Origin: Antedon mediterranea
Lineage: Eukaryota > Animalia > Echinodermata
Direction: 5' to 3'
Assembly (NCBI RefSeq): GCF_964355755.1
Contig: NC_092674.1
Span: 1,178,001-1,242,000 of the forward strand
DNA: 64,000 bases
This document shows, piece by piece, positions 1 to 10,990 of this stretch. The notes beneath the pieces are model-generated. The model saw nothing but the letters and a program-made list of their open reading frames with translations. It was not told the origin of the DNA and did not search any database. The translations under genes and the position numbers were made by a program. Every line of letters begins with the position of its first letter. Positions within the stretch are counted from its first letter, which is position 1.

Positions 1-643
1 TGTCAATAGGGTAGAAATCCCAAAGTTCCTTCTCTGCCTCTGATTCTGGGGACAAAGCAGTAACCGCTGGTCTACATGAACTCTGACATAAACAAAACAA
101 AATTAAAAATCTTAATCAAGTATCAAAATAATGACAAAAATCAGAAGAAAAGAATCCATTGTAATAAATCTCACTCCCAACCGAAATTAAAAATGGCGTA
201 AGAAGATCTAAAAACATGAAATGCTAAAACAAAAATGTATTATTTATATCTGAACTTTTTTTTGATATAGTTCATTATTTTTGAAATCCGAGGTTATATT
301 TTTGTCAATTTTACTGCTTCTACTCATACACTTCAACGGTGTTCCAGAAGTCAACCCTCAACAAATATCGGACACTTTGTATTTGAACAAAGTTTCTGTT
401 ATTATACATAGAATTTTTAAATAGTATTAAACATCTGATGCTATAATTGTCAATCAAAATGCCATTTCACTGCTTCTGCACATCCAGCAGTCGGACAAAA
501 ACTGAATGCGTTGTGTTTGAACAAAGTCTCTGTTATTAATATACTGTACATACACTTCTATATGGAACCTTTGCTGGTGGCGGTTGCCCGCTTTCTTCAA
601 GCGGCTTTCGTTTTCTTCTAGTTGCCATTTCGGGAGAACTCAT
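1..643 (-). CDS. 5' coding exons of an unidentified gene running off the left edge (MSSPEMATRRKRKPLEESGQPPPAKVPYRS|SSCRPAVTALSPESEAEKELWDFYPID...)
   Basis: Exon 643-554 (ATG, basic NLS-like RRKRK, GTATGT donor) splices in phase 0 to exon starting at 82 (CAG acceptor) with open frame; candidate non-coding 5' exons at ~864-985 and ~1970-2046 and a donor near 2264. No family recognised. Confidence 0.5.
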
Positions 644-1586
644 TCAGGTCTGCAAAAAACATTTGTTATATCTGTAAAGTGATATGACATCGTCATGTCC
701 ATATATGGGCACATCACATTTTTTTGTTACATAAAGTTTGATAGTGTAGACAAGGCTTTAGAGAAAGCAGAATGGTGTCAACAAATATAACTTTTCAGCC
801 TTTAAATATAAAATCTACAGAGGTTAATGAAATGTTACATTCACAAAATTATATTATATTTACTTGAGATTTTTGTTGTCTGATTTGTTGTTTTACAATG
901 TGACCGGATAAACTACACAATTACAGAAAATTACGGCCATGATTAGCTTTGTACTCAAAAACCTTATCATAACATACAGTAGAACTAAGCAAAAAAACAT
1001 TTAACAAATAACCATGCAAATTAATTGTGTATAAACCATAATTAAAAACAAACTTAGCACTATAGTAATTTAAGTGAGTAAAGAAAGTACAGTACATTGT
1101 TTTTTAATGTAACAAAAAAGCAGTCATACTAATATACACCCGGTAGGATTTTATGGTATAAAATGATATCAAGTACAACATGTTATTAACATGCTCTAGT
1201 GGTAAATTTAACTTAAAATTATTTAAAATATTGTTAAACTTTTCATTCTAAAACGTGTTAAACGTCAGCGTTACAAAACATCACATATCACAGAGGGCGG
1301 TCTTGAATTTTGGAAAAAACAGTATTTTGACTAATAACTAATTTTGATTTAAAAAAATAAAATGTATAAAATGCACAATTAAATATTAGATAATAATGAA
1401 TGAAGATGTACTTGATTGTGTCAAACACTATCAGGCCCTAGTGTGACCGACAAAAAGAAAACATTCTGCAAAATAAAAATTAAAGCCAACCAGACAACAA
1501 GACTCATACTGTACATAGCAACACTTACAACTTGACAGTGACTTGGCTTTTGAGGTGAAATTTAGTAATCTGTTGAACATGAGTAA

Positions 1587-1741
1587 AGGGTATTTCACAC
1601 CTGTTCGAACGTCGACGTTTCGTTTTCACGCGGCTACACGCATATCAATTGGCTTATAGCCGCGTGGAGCGTCATGAAAAAGAAACATTGATGTTCGATT
1701 CACCGGACCGGAAGCGTGCCGGAACAGGTGTGAAAGACCCT
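1587..1741. mobile_element. PIF/Harbinger-type MITE
   Basis: TIRs AGGGTATTTCACACCTGTTC / GAACAGGTGTGAAAGACCCT, flanked by TAA on both sides (3-bp TSD). Confidence 0.8.
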
Positions 1742-3559
1742 TAAGCATAGTAAAAAATAATAATTAGGCCGACTATTTATAATAACAAGATATATTATTT
1801 ATTATATCCCTTGTTGTATCCAGTATAACCATGGAGGTATATAATTTGGTATAACATCGGTTTCAATGTTTAAGCCTAGCTAGGCCTAGAGGCTAGTAGT
1901 AAGTACTGTACCCATATAGGCCTAGTCCCAACATAATACATTCATTTTGTCCTAATTATGTTTAGTTACCTTATTTATTATTAATAAATTAGCAATCACC
2001 GACACCGGCCACTCCACTGCCTTGAATCTTAAAATATCTCCTTTCCTGTAGTCATCAACAACCCCTAGTAACGTGAAATAGGCTAGGCCTAGATGCTAGG
2101 CTAGAGAGAGGCTCCACCACACACTCACAGTAGTCAGGGTGGCCTACTCAGTCAGTGGGACAAGCTAGCCACCAGCTGGGCCTAGCTAGCAAATCATATC
2201 GTATAGTCTGACTCTATCGTTCTAATAATATTTTTAGGCCAACTGTCAACAATATGCTAATTACCTGGACTCTATAATTAGAATCATTCGTCTTTCTTTC
2301 TTGAATATAGGGCTAGGCCTAGACTTTTACTTATTACGTGCTGCTAGTCCCGACGACAACTCGTGTGTAGTGCCGCGTGTTATGTTGTGTGTCATGTTAT
2401 CAAAGAAGTTCTTTGGTGTTATGTTCGTCATCATCAGAGAAGGTATCTTTTGTAGTCGTATTTGGATATTGATAAACTATCAGCTTCATCCTCGTACATT
2501 AAGTGTTTCTCGGCTACAATACTTTTTCTTTTACCGGTACATCAATGTATACTATTATATAGGTCTTATTAATTATTAATAAATTATGCAGAACTTTTAT
2601 TTGAAATTATTTTTAGTGATAATTATTTAATTATAAATTAAGGAAGAGTTAAATAGCGTCCCTCACCTCAGTATTGCCATTGTTGTAAAACTTGGAAAGA
2701 AGGTTTGTAAAAGACGCACCATGTTTTATGAAAGACAACGATTTATTATTGAAATGGTTCCTAGATTTCTGTATACGTATTACTATTAATACATGTTCTT
2801 TTAATGAGCCATAAGAAAATCGATTTATTATAGTAGTAGAGTAGAAATAAGGTTTCACCTCAAAAAAATTGCAACAAAAGGTATTTCAACGGATTTTGGT
2901 AGTATTAGGTGTACTAAACAACAGAAAAAAAGTCTCAAGAATTTCGACCCCCGGAAAGTGTTTTTTTTCAAGATGGCCGCCAAAATAGATAAAAAGTGAA
3001 AATGGCCATACCTCCTAAACTACTTGGTCTATTGATATAATTTTGGTACCAACATACTCAGAACATACATATTTATATTCGCTATAATAGAACATTTTGG
3101 CCAAAATTGACCAGAAATACCATTTCTGACAATTTGACCTTTGACCTTGATATGTTGTATCTTGGTAACCACTGACCGTAGGGAAACAAATGATGGCTCA
3201 AATTGTTCAGAATGTACATATTTATATTTATTGTAATGAGACATTTTGTCAAAAAATGGTTAAAAGTAAAGGTTATTGACCTTTAACCTTTATCTATGTA
3301 GAATTTCCATATCTCGGCAACTATGTGTGGTAGAGATTTAAAATTGGGCTCTAAATACTGAGAATATACTTATTTATATTTACTCTAATGAAACAGTTTG
3401 ACAGAAAATGACCAGAAACGACATGTTTGACCATTGACCTTGATATGCTATATTTCGATAATGACTGACTGAGATACACCATTTATGGCTCAATTTGTTC
3501 AGAATATAATTATAACTTTTAAATTTCTAATTACGGTATAGCAGCAATTGATTAGATAT

Positions 3560-4770
3560 TGTGCATGTATTTAGTACGGCATCTTAAACAACTGTTCCAA
3601 CTTCGTCTTCATCATCGTCATCAATCTTTCTATCTACGTTGTCCCATTCTTTTAGTTGACACACTCCACAAACTGAAGTACATGCCAATCCATAGCGTCT
3701 ACAACTGCAACATACATCCAGTAGTTACAAAGGATGATTTTCAAAGTTCTTCTGGAGCAGCAGTTTCCATCGTCATTATTGGCACAAATGTTTTATTACA
3801 AACTTTCCATCCCCACTTGGTAGCATCCATGGTATTATCTTTCTATAGCCATTGCATGATTTGACTGACATTCTGTAGCAGATGACGTTGGTGGTAGTTG
3901 TTGAGGCTAGGTTTGATAAATGATTTACCCTCAACAACTTTTTTATTAAATAGCTTGCATCTGTAGCTATTCAGGGAATCCAGTGACTTCGCTCCAAAAA
4001 GAATAGACATGTCCTTCAGTCCAAACTCCTCGATAGTTTAAAGTTTCTGATGCGGTTGAGTGAAAATATCGGCACACATGTCATATTCTGGGTTACTTTC
4101 AATCAATTTATTAAATGCCGCTTTCTTGCCGATTCCGAAAATCCTAGACGTCGAATCACAACCAGTGAATGCATGCACTATGGGTAATGCATTTCACATT
4201 TTATATCCTAAAACAGATTTCAATCTGGTTACATTAATCACTCTAGTAGGCCCATCTTTTCCTTTGTCTAATCTGAAGTACACTTCTCGGTTTGTTGTAT
4301 TTACATGATACAGTAAAAGTACCAGTAAGTCCGTGTCTTCTCCAATCAAAGTTACTGTATTATGTTCAGAGACTTCAACTGTTGCCAGAGCAATGTCAAC
4401 ATCGGCATTGTTTTTTTTGTTTTTTTTAAACCATATTTAATGAGGGTGATCCACGCAGCTATTGCTGATCATTAGGGACCCTCAGAGGTTCACAAGACAA
4501 ACATTTACACAAGATGCTCTACAAAACAAAGTCTTATTACAAGTCTTTGGGAGTGGAGTAATTTGGTCCTTAGAAAAAATCCTGACATGTGACGGGACTT
4601 GAACTCAGGACCCTTGGAGTGGTAGCCAAGCATCATAACCATAACTCGTTGGCTGCATGTCGTACAGGACATTCTTTTTTCTGTAGCTCATATGAAAACA
4701 TGTTGATAAATTTGTGTTTGTTCTCATGCCTTGACAGGAATTCTTCTTTCTTTCCATCAAATTCAGTTAG
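3560..4770 (-). pseudogene. Academ transposase remnant (XPG-like nuclease and Cys-rich C-terminus), interrupted by SINE and stops
   Basis: Minus-strand translation: FLSRHENKHKFINMF..ECPVRHA [SINE] ADVDIALATVEVSEHNTVTLIGEDTDLLVLLLYH...HAFTGCDSTSRIFGIGKKAAFNKL...QQLPPTSSA...PEEL*KSSFVTTGC (frameshifts). Confidence 0.75.
4411..4655 (-). mobile_element. tRNA-derived SINE inserted in the Academ remnant
   Basis: Minus strand: tRNA-like head with A-box-like TGGTTATGATG, CTTGG/CCAAG stem, B box GAGTTCAAGTCC; A-rich tail at 4411-4427; interrupts the HA..xADVDI motif; TSD not clearly resolved. Confidence 0.7.
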
Positions 4771-5420
4771 GACAAATCTCTCTAGACGATGTAATGAAAT
4801 ATGAACTAAGTCCGTTTCCACCCTCACTCTTCGAAGCCAAAGACATCTTTAGGAAGGCAAATAAACCAATAAATTGATAGAAAGTAACCTAGAATATGAC
4901 ACTGATGTGTGCCGATATTTTCACTCAACCGCATCAGAAACTTCAAACTATCGAGGAGTTTGGATTAAAGGCCATGTCTATTCTTTTTGGAGCCAAGTCA
5001 CTGGATTTCCTAAATAGCTACAGATGCAAGCTGTTTAATAAGAAAGTTGCTGAGGGTAAATAATTTATCAAACCTCAACAACTACTACCACCAACCTCAT
5101 CTGCTACAAAATGTCACAGTCTTAGAGTATACTATCAAATCATGCAATGGATAAAGAAAGATAATACCATGGATGCTGCCAAGTCGGGGAAGTTTTTAAT
5201 AAAACATTTGTGCCAATAATGACGATTGAAACTGCTGCATCAGAAGAACTTTTGAAAATCATCCATTGTAACTGCACTACTGGATGTAAAACTGTATGTT
5301 GCAGTTGTAGATGCTATGGATTGGCATGTGCTTCAGTTTGTTGAGTGAGTCATCTAGAAGAATGGAACAACGTAGATAGAGAGATTGATGACGATGATGA
5401 AGACGAAGTTGGAACAGTTG
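4771..5420 (+). pseudogene. Second, inverted Academ transposase remnant with internal deletion
   Basis: Plus-strand translation: QISLDDVMKYELSPFPPSLFEAKDIFRKANK, then jump to KLIES...FGAKSLDFLNSYRCKLFNKKVAEGK...LPPTSSATKCHSLRVYYQIMQW...SEELLKIIHCNCTTGCKTVCCSCRCYGLACASVC. Confidence 0.75.
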
Positions 5421-6516
5421 TTTAGGATGCCGTACTAAATACATGCACAATATCCAATCAACTGCTGCTATACCGTAATTAGAAATTTAAAATTATTATT
5501 ATATTCGTTTTTGTTTACTTTTCGGGTATTTTATTCACTATTATTATTAAGAATGTATACAGTATGTTCTGAACAATTTGAACTTGAACTCATATTCTAA
5601 ATATAATATAATAAATGTAAAATATTACAGTTACTTGATTCCCAGGAAAGCTCTTAATTCCATGGGTAGATTAGACCATTATACGAAATAAAAATAATTA
5701 TATTCTGAACAAATTGAGCCATAAATAGTGTATCTCAGTCAGTCATTATCGAAATATAGCATGTCAAGGTAAATGGTAAAAAAAATGTCATTTCTGGTCA
5801 TTTTTTGTCAAACTGTTTCATTAGAGTAAATATAAATAAGTATATTCTCAGTATTTAGAGCCCAATTTTAAATCTCTACCACACATAGTTGCCGAGATAT
5901 GGAAATTCTACATAGATAAAGGTTAAAGGTCAATAACCTTTACTTCAAACCATTTTTTGACAAAATGTCTCATTACAATAAATGTAAATATGTACATTCT
6001 GAACAATTTGAGCCATCATTTGTTTCCCTACGGTCAGTTATTACCAAGATACAACATATCAAGGTCAAAGGTCAAATTGTCAGAAATGGTATTTCCGGTC
6101 AATTTTGGCCAAAATGTTCTATTATAGCGAATATAAATATGCATGTTCTGAGTATGTTGGTACCAAAATTATATAAATAGACCAAGTAGTTTAGGAGGTA
6201 TGGCCATTTTCACTTTTTATCTATTTTGGCGGCCATCTTGAAAAAAAAAACACTTTCCGGGGGTCGAAATTCTTGAGACTTTTTTTCTGTTGTTTAGTAG
6301 ACCCAATACTACCAAAATCCGTTGAAAAACCTTTTGTTGCAATTTTTTTGAGGTTGGCCCCTTTTTTTCATTAGTTCTACTCTACTATAGATTTTCCTTT
6401 TGAAAACCATTGAGTGTTCCATTTAAGTCCGAGCTTGTAAAAGAAACCACCATTTGTCTAGTGTAAGGAGGAGCCACCGGGATTCAGTGTAAAGGATTAA
6501 CCAGGCACTTCTCCTG

Positions 6517-8858
6517 AGCCCCTTTCTCACAGATGTGCCTGCAATATACCGGTACAGTGCTGGCGTCGTGCCGGTATCGTTACCGGCATATACCCATTCT
6601 CATCGGACTATCGTGCCGGAAATATAACCGGTATATACCGGCTTTCTGTGAGAAAGGAGTCGGGCATATTCGGCCAATAAAAAGTCTCTGACAAAATAAT
6701 TATTGAGGGCGTCCTTTATTAGGTGATCATTTAGAATAAAATGATCACCTATTGTTATTGTATCAAATCTTTATTCTTCTTCTTCTTCTTCTTCTTCTTC
6801 TTCTTCTTCTTTCTGTACACTTTTTGTTCGTCAAATATCTCAAAAAGTTGAATAGCAATGATCACAAAAATTTCACAATGTCTTTCAAATACTTTAACTT
6901 AGCCATAATAAGCTTTTCAGCGTGATCACTCATCCGTGACAACACGTATACGCCATTTTGTGAAATCACATTATCAATCATATCTCCATAATTCATAATC
7001 ACATATTAATGAAATTCACTACATGTAAACTTCAGGTCAAGGTAAAAAATATTAGCAAATAAAAACCTGCGAGTTTCAAGGTCATGCGCATGAAATCGCG
7101 CGTTAAAATTTTAAAAAGCTCAAAATTAGGTTTTGATCAATTTAGAGCATGAATTAGGCCATTTGCGTGTTTCAAAAAATTACTGCGCAAAAACACGTTT
7201 TTGCGCACGCGATTCGTAAAAAGCGTAAAAAATAAAATTTGATGTATAAATCACAATTTACTCACAATCCTTAGTACATTCACCAAATTTGAGTCCATTT
7301 CCACTTAAAATAGTGCTCTATGAGCACATTACAAATGACAAAATGCACACATTATAATTGTACAAAAGTGCTAAAAATGGTAAAAAATAAGGCCTTTTTA
7401 AAATGAAAATAACTCTTCAGAATGCACGATGACCCCTAAGTTTTTTAACTTATTCGGGAAGCCATTGAGTTGTAGATATAAATGTATATACACATTAGAC
7501 GTACAAAATGGTAATACATCATCAAATGGCCACTTGAATTTTGTGTAGGTTATCACATTCAATAGAGCGCATCTCCGCTTTTTTAGCTCGATTTTCGCGC
7601 AAATTTCAGTGTGTGCTTGCTTAATTATTTATCTTTCTCATAAGTTGTCAGTGTTTTCATTTTGATGACGCCATCACGCGTAAAACCTTGAATAACGTAG
7701 GTCGTGTAATTTCACCTTTGCCGTAAATTGAATATCTTACAGCTCTTCAGAATTGAACGTTTCCTTGATGATTATAATTTATTATGAAAGCTGATGAAAT
7801 GTAGATATGAATTCATATAAAAACCAAGCCTTTCGGATGTTGTGACATTAAAGATGGCCAGATGAAGTTAAAAAGTAGTTGTTACATCTTTTTCGTCAAA
7901 GTTATACAAATTTCAAAGAGCGCGCACAGCGCTTCTACGTGCCAGATTTTTTTCCAATTCTTATATTTATTTGCTCAATTCATTATCTTTCGAAATTGTC
8001 ATCTTTGAGTTTATTTTGATAATTCCATCATACCAAAAAATTAGAACATGATGTGTGTCCCGTAATTTCACCTATGCTACACTGTATATATATACAGTAT
8101 ATACTGTACATATTGTATATGGCATATAATAGGCACAACTCAGCACTATAAGCGTATGCATCATGTCATAGGATGGCGTACATCAACTTTTTACGATCGT
8201 ATGTTAACGTACATGCATGTTTAAAAACTGTTAATTTCATTAAAATGATAAAAATGATCACCTATAATTCGTCAAAGTGACGAATTAAATTCTAGTTGTT
8301 ATTATTTTTGTCTAGCGATGATATGGCGGCGAATGTTAAGTTACAGATTATTATCTTCCTTTATAGCATATTTATGCAATACATGCTATGTACAGTATAT
8401 TGTGCATATATTATACAGGTATAGCAATTAGTTTGCCGTCATCGGCAATCTGTAAAACACCTTAGAAGGCTGTAGGCCTACAACAATTTACAACAAGGCG
8501 ACGAAAGGTCAGGCACCAACAAACAAAGAGCTATGGCTGGCCTAGCCTAGCGGCCTATATAGATTATGCTACAAATTTCTTCTTGTCCCCTTATTTTAAG
8601 CAGCTCTCTTATCTCATTATCCCTCCAGTTCGACATTATTATTGTTAATTGAATTGAATAGGCGCCAAAGTGATACACTTGACTGCGCAAGGTGTCAAAG
8701 CCTCGACGGGGAACCCCGGAATGTAACGGCAATACGTTCTCACAGAATGCCCGTCTGGCATTGCGGGGAATATCTCTAGAATATTACTAGGTCTAAAGCA
8801 GGTCATGTCGATGCCGGCATGGTGCCGCCCTGGCACACAACTCTGTGAGAAAGGGGCT
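6517..8858. mobile_element. PIF/Harbinger deletion derivative with nested insertion
   Basis: TIRs AGCCCCTTTCTCACAGA / TCTGTGAGAAAGGGGCT, CTG on both flanks (CWG-type TSD); minus-strand fragment 8636-8574 MSNWRDNEIRELLKIRGQEEI resembles the start of the Myb/SANT-like Harbinger accessory protein. Confidence 0.75.
6716..8296 (+). mobile_element. Helentron-associated non-autonomous element (HINE/DINE-like)
   Basis: 5' subTIR TAGGTGATCATT with adjacent inverted copy, (TTC)n microsatellite at ~6774-6812, 3' subTIR AATGATCACCTA (8253-8264), stem-loop TAATTCGTCA-AAG-TGACGAATTA (8265-8287), end CTAGT, T-rich flanks, no TSD. Confidence 0.75.
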
Positions 8859-9090
8859 CTGGTGTAACAAAGTATGAGTAATATAACATAACTCCAAAAG
8901 AAAGTAGAACAAGCCAGTTTTTTTTTCGTCTTTAATCCTTCTGGTGTTTTACATTGTCGTACGGTACATGCAGGTCTTATGCAGTCATGATATTTGTATT
9001 ATGCTGAATATAGGCCTATACATTTTGCAAAGCACGCTCATTGAGCTTGTGCACTCTTTGTGTTCATAAACAGTGTACCATGTCCCGCAT

Positions 9091-10640
9091 GCGATTTTTT
9101 TTTTCGTACATAAGTTGGGGACCCCCTCATGAAACGTCACAAAATAAACATGAATAATTCATCAGTTAAATTTTCTTGCTCCGTGTGCACCCAAGCGTAT
9201 AGCAACAGGAACAACTGCGATACGATTCTAGGCCTAGGCGATTCTCCACTGTGTTTGCGGCGTGCGATTTCATAAAAGAATAGCGGCGTTTTTTGTGGAT
9301 TGTCGAAATAATCTGTCTTTAGTTTTTGGGTTTTTTTTTAATAGAATTTATTACTAAAGAATTACGTGTTAAAATTATAGTTTCTATTAATACTATTAGG
9401 CCTAATTATTAGTCTCTAAGTCTAAAGCTCGTGTCTATTCTAGTAGGGTGTCTGTGTGTGTGTGTTAGGTACTCCGAGTAATAAGTCAGCAAAATTAAAC
9501 AGTTACATTACACAAAATGTATTCTCGTGTTCATATACGCGCATTTTTAAAGTTCCTTTGAGTACATGCATATTGTTTGATAATAAAATAACAGAATTAA
9601 AAAATTACAGTACACAAAATTATACACATTCTTTATTCTCGTGTGTCTAAACTTTCTTTGGGCTATGAAATGTGTCTTCCCTAGCTGTCGATTAGTCTCG
9701 ACACATTTTGCATAGTGGTAGTGTGTGTGTGAAGAGTACGCCAAGGCAATCACCACGTGAATCCTAGGCCTAGGAAGAATCGTATCGCAGTTGTAATCAC
9801 TTGTTGATATACGCTTGGGTGCACACGGAACAACAAATTTAACTGAACACGAAGTGATTACACAACTGCGATACGATTCTTTCTACAATAATAGGCCTAG
9901 GATTCTAGGTCAATTCACGTGATTGCCTTCGCGCACTCTTCTTCACACACACGTCCACTATGCAAAATGTGTCGAGGCTAATCGACAGCTAGGCAAAACA
10001 TTAAACTAAGTAGTAATTGGACGTAGCCCAAAGAAAGCTTAGACCCACAATAATAAAGAATGTGTACTGTAATTTTTTAATTCTGGTTTTATTATCAAAC
10101 AATAATGCATTAGGCTACTCAAAGGAACTTTAAAAATTCGCGTATATGAACACATGAGATGGGAAGATTATACCCACGAGAATAAAAAATGTATTTTTGT
10201 GTAATGTTTATTGTTTAATTTTGCTGACTTATTACTCGGACTGTACTGTCATACCTAACACACAAGTCACACACACCCACACAGCTACTACTAGAATATA
10301 CAGGGGTTTAGAGACTAGTAATTAGGCCTAATAGTATCAATAGAAACTATAATTTTAACACGTAATTCTTTAGTAATAAATGATATTAAAAACACCATAA
10401 ACTAAAGGCTGATTATTTCGACAATCCACACAAAACTCCGCTATTCTATTAATTATGAAATCGCACGCGGCAACCACAGCGGAGATGGGCCTAGAATCGT
10501 ACCGCACTTGTGTAATCACTTCTTGTTGATATACGCTTGGGTGCACACGGAACAAGAAAATTGAACTGATGAATTATTCATGTTTATTTTGTGACGTTTC
10601 ATGATGGGGTCCCCAACTTATGTACGAAAAAAAAAATCGC
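9091..10640. mobile_element. Palindromic (fold-back) MULE/Mutator-type element
   Basis: Exact 9-bp TSD GTCCCGCAT (9082-9090, 10641-10649); GCGATTTTTTTTTTCGTACATAAGTTGGGGACCCC terminus mirrored at the other end; arms of ~750 bp reverse-complementary almost to the centre; no coding capacity. Confidence 0.85.
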
Positions 10641-10990
10641 GTCCCGCATACCTGGCTCAGCCTATATATTGTGCTAGTTCTGCGGTACATTTCATTTCGA
10701 AACCTGAGCTGCACTGACGAGATCTAATAAGATCGAAACAGTACTGTCTTCAGATTGGATATTACGCTCCTCTACTTTCTGCTATATACATATATAGTAT
10801 GACCATCTGAAACTTATAATTGTTGAATTCTAGGCGATTTGCCGCCCATTTAGGCCTAATTAAGAACATTAACAACCAAAACTTTAAAAAAATGATTAAT
10901 TGTTCACTATCCCTTTTACATAATAAGATGCTCGACAAAGTCTTGAAACAAGATTTTCGAAGTAGAAAAATGCGGCAAATATATATATAT

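Larger units (their letters stand above)
2834..6387. mobile_element. Non-autonomous fold-back Academ (AcademX-type) DNA transposon
   Basis: Termini TAGTAGAGTAGAA...TTCTACTCTACTA, TAG duplicated on both flanks (2831-2833, 6388-6390); arms ~2834-4110 and ~4873-6387 are reverse complements; both carry decayed XPG/PIN-nuclease + Cys8 coding sequence (GEDTDLLVLL, HAFTGCDSTS.IFGIGK, LPPTS..T..H..RVYYQ..W, PEELLKIIHCNCTTGC..CSC..YGL.C). Confidence 0.8.

Noticed and set aside
4585-4655. Functional tRNA gene
   Set aside because: Incomplete cloverleaf, followed by unrelated body and A-tail: SINE head
3029-6180. Twin 71-aa ORFs at 3029-3244 and 5965-6180
   Set aside because: Mirror images within the transposon's terminal inverted arms; no protein-like features
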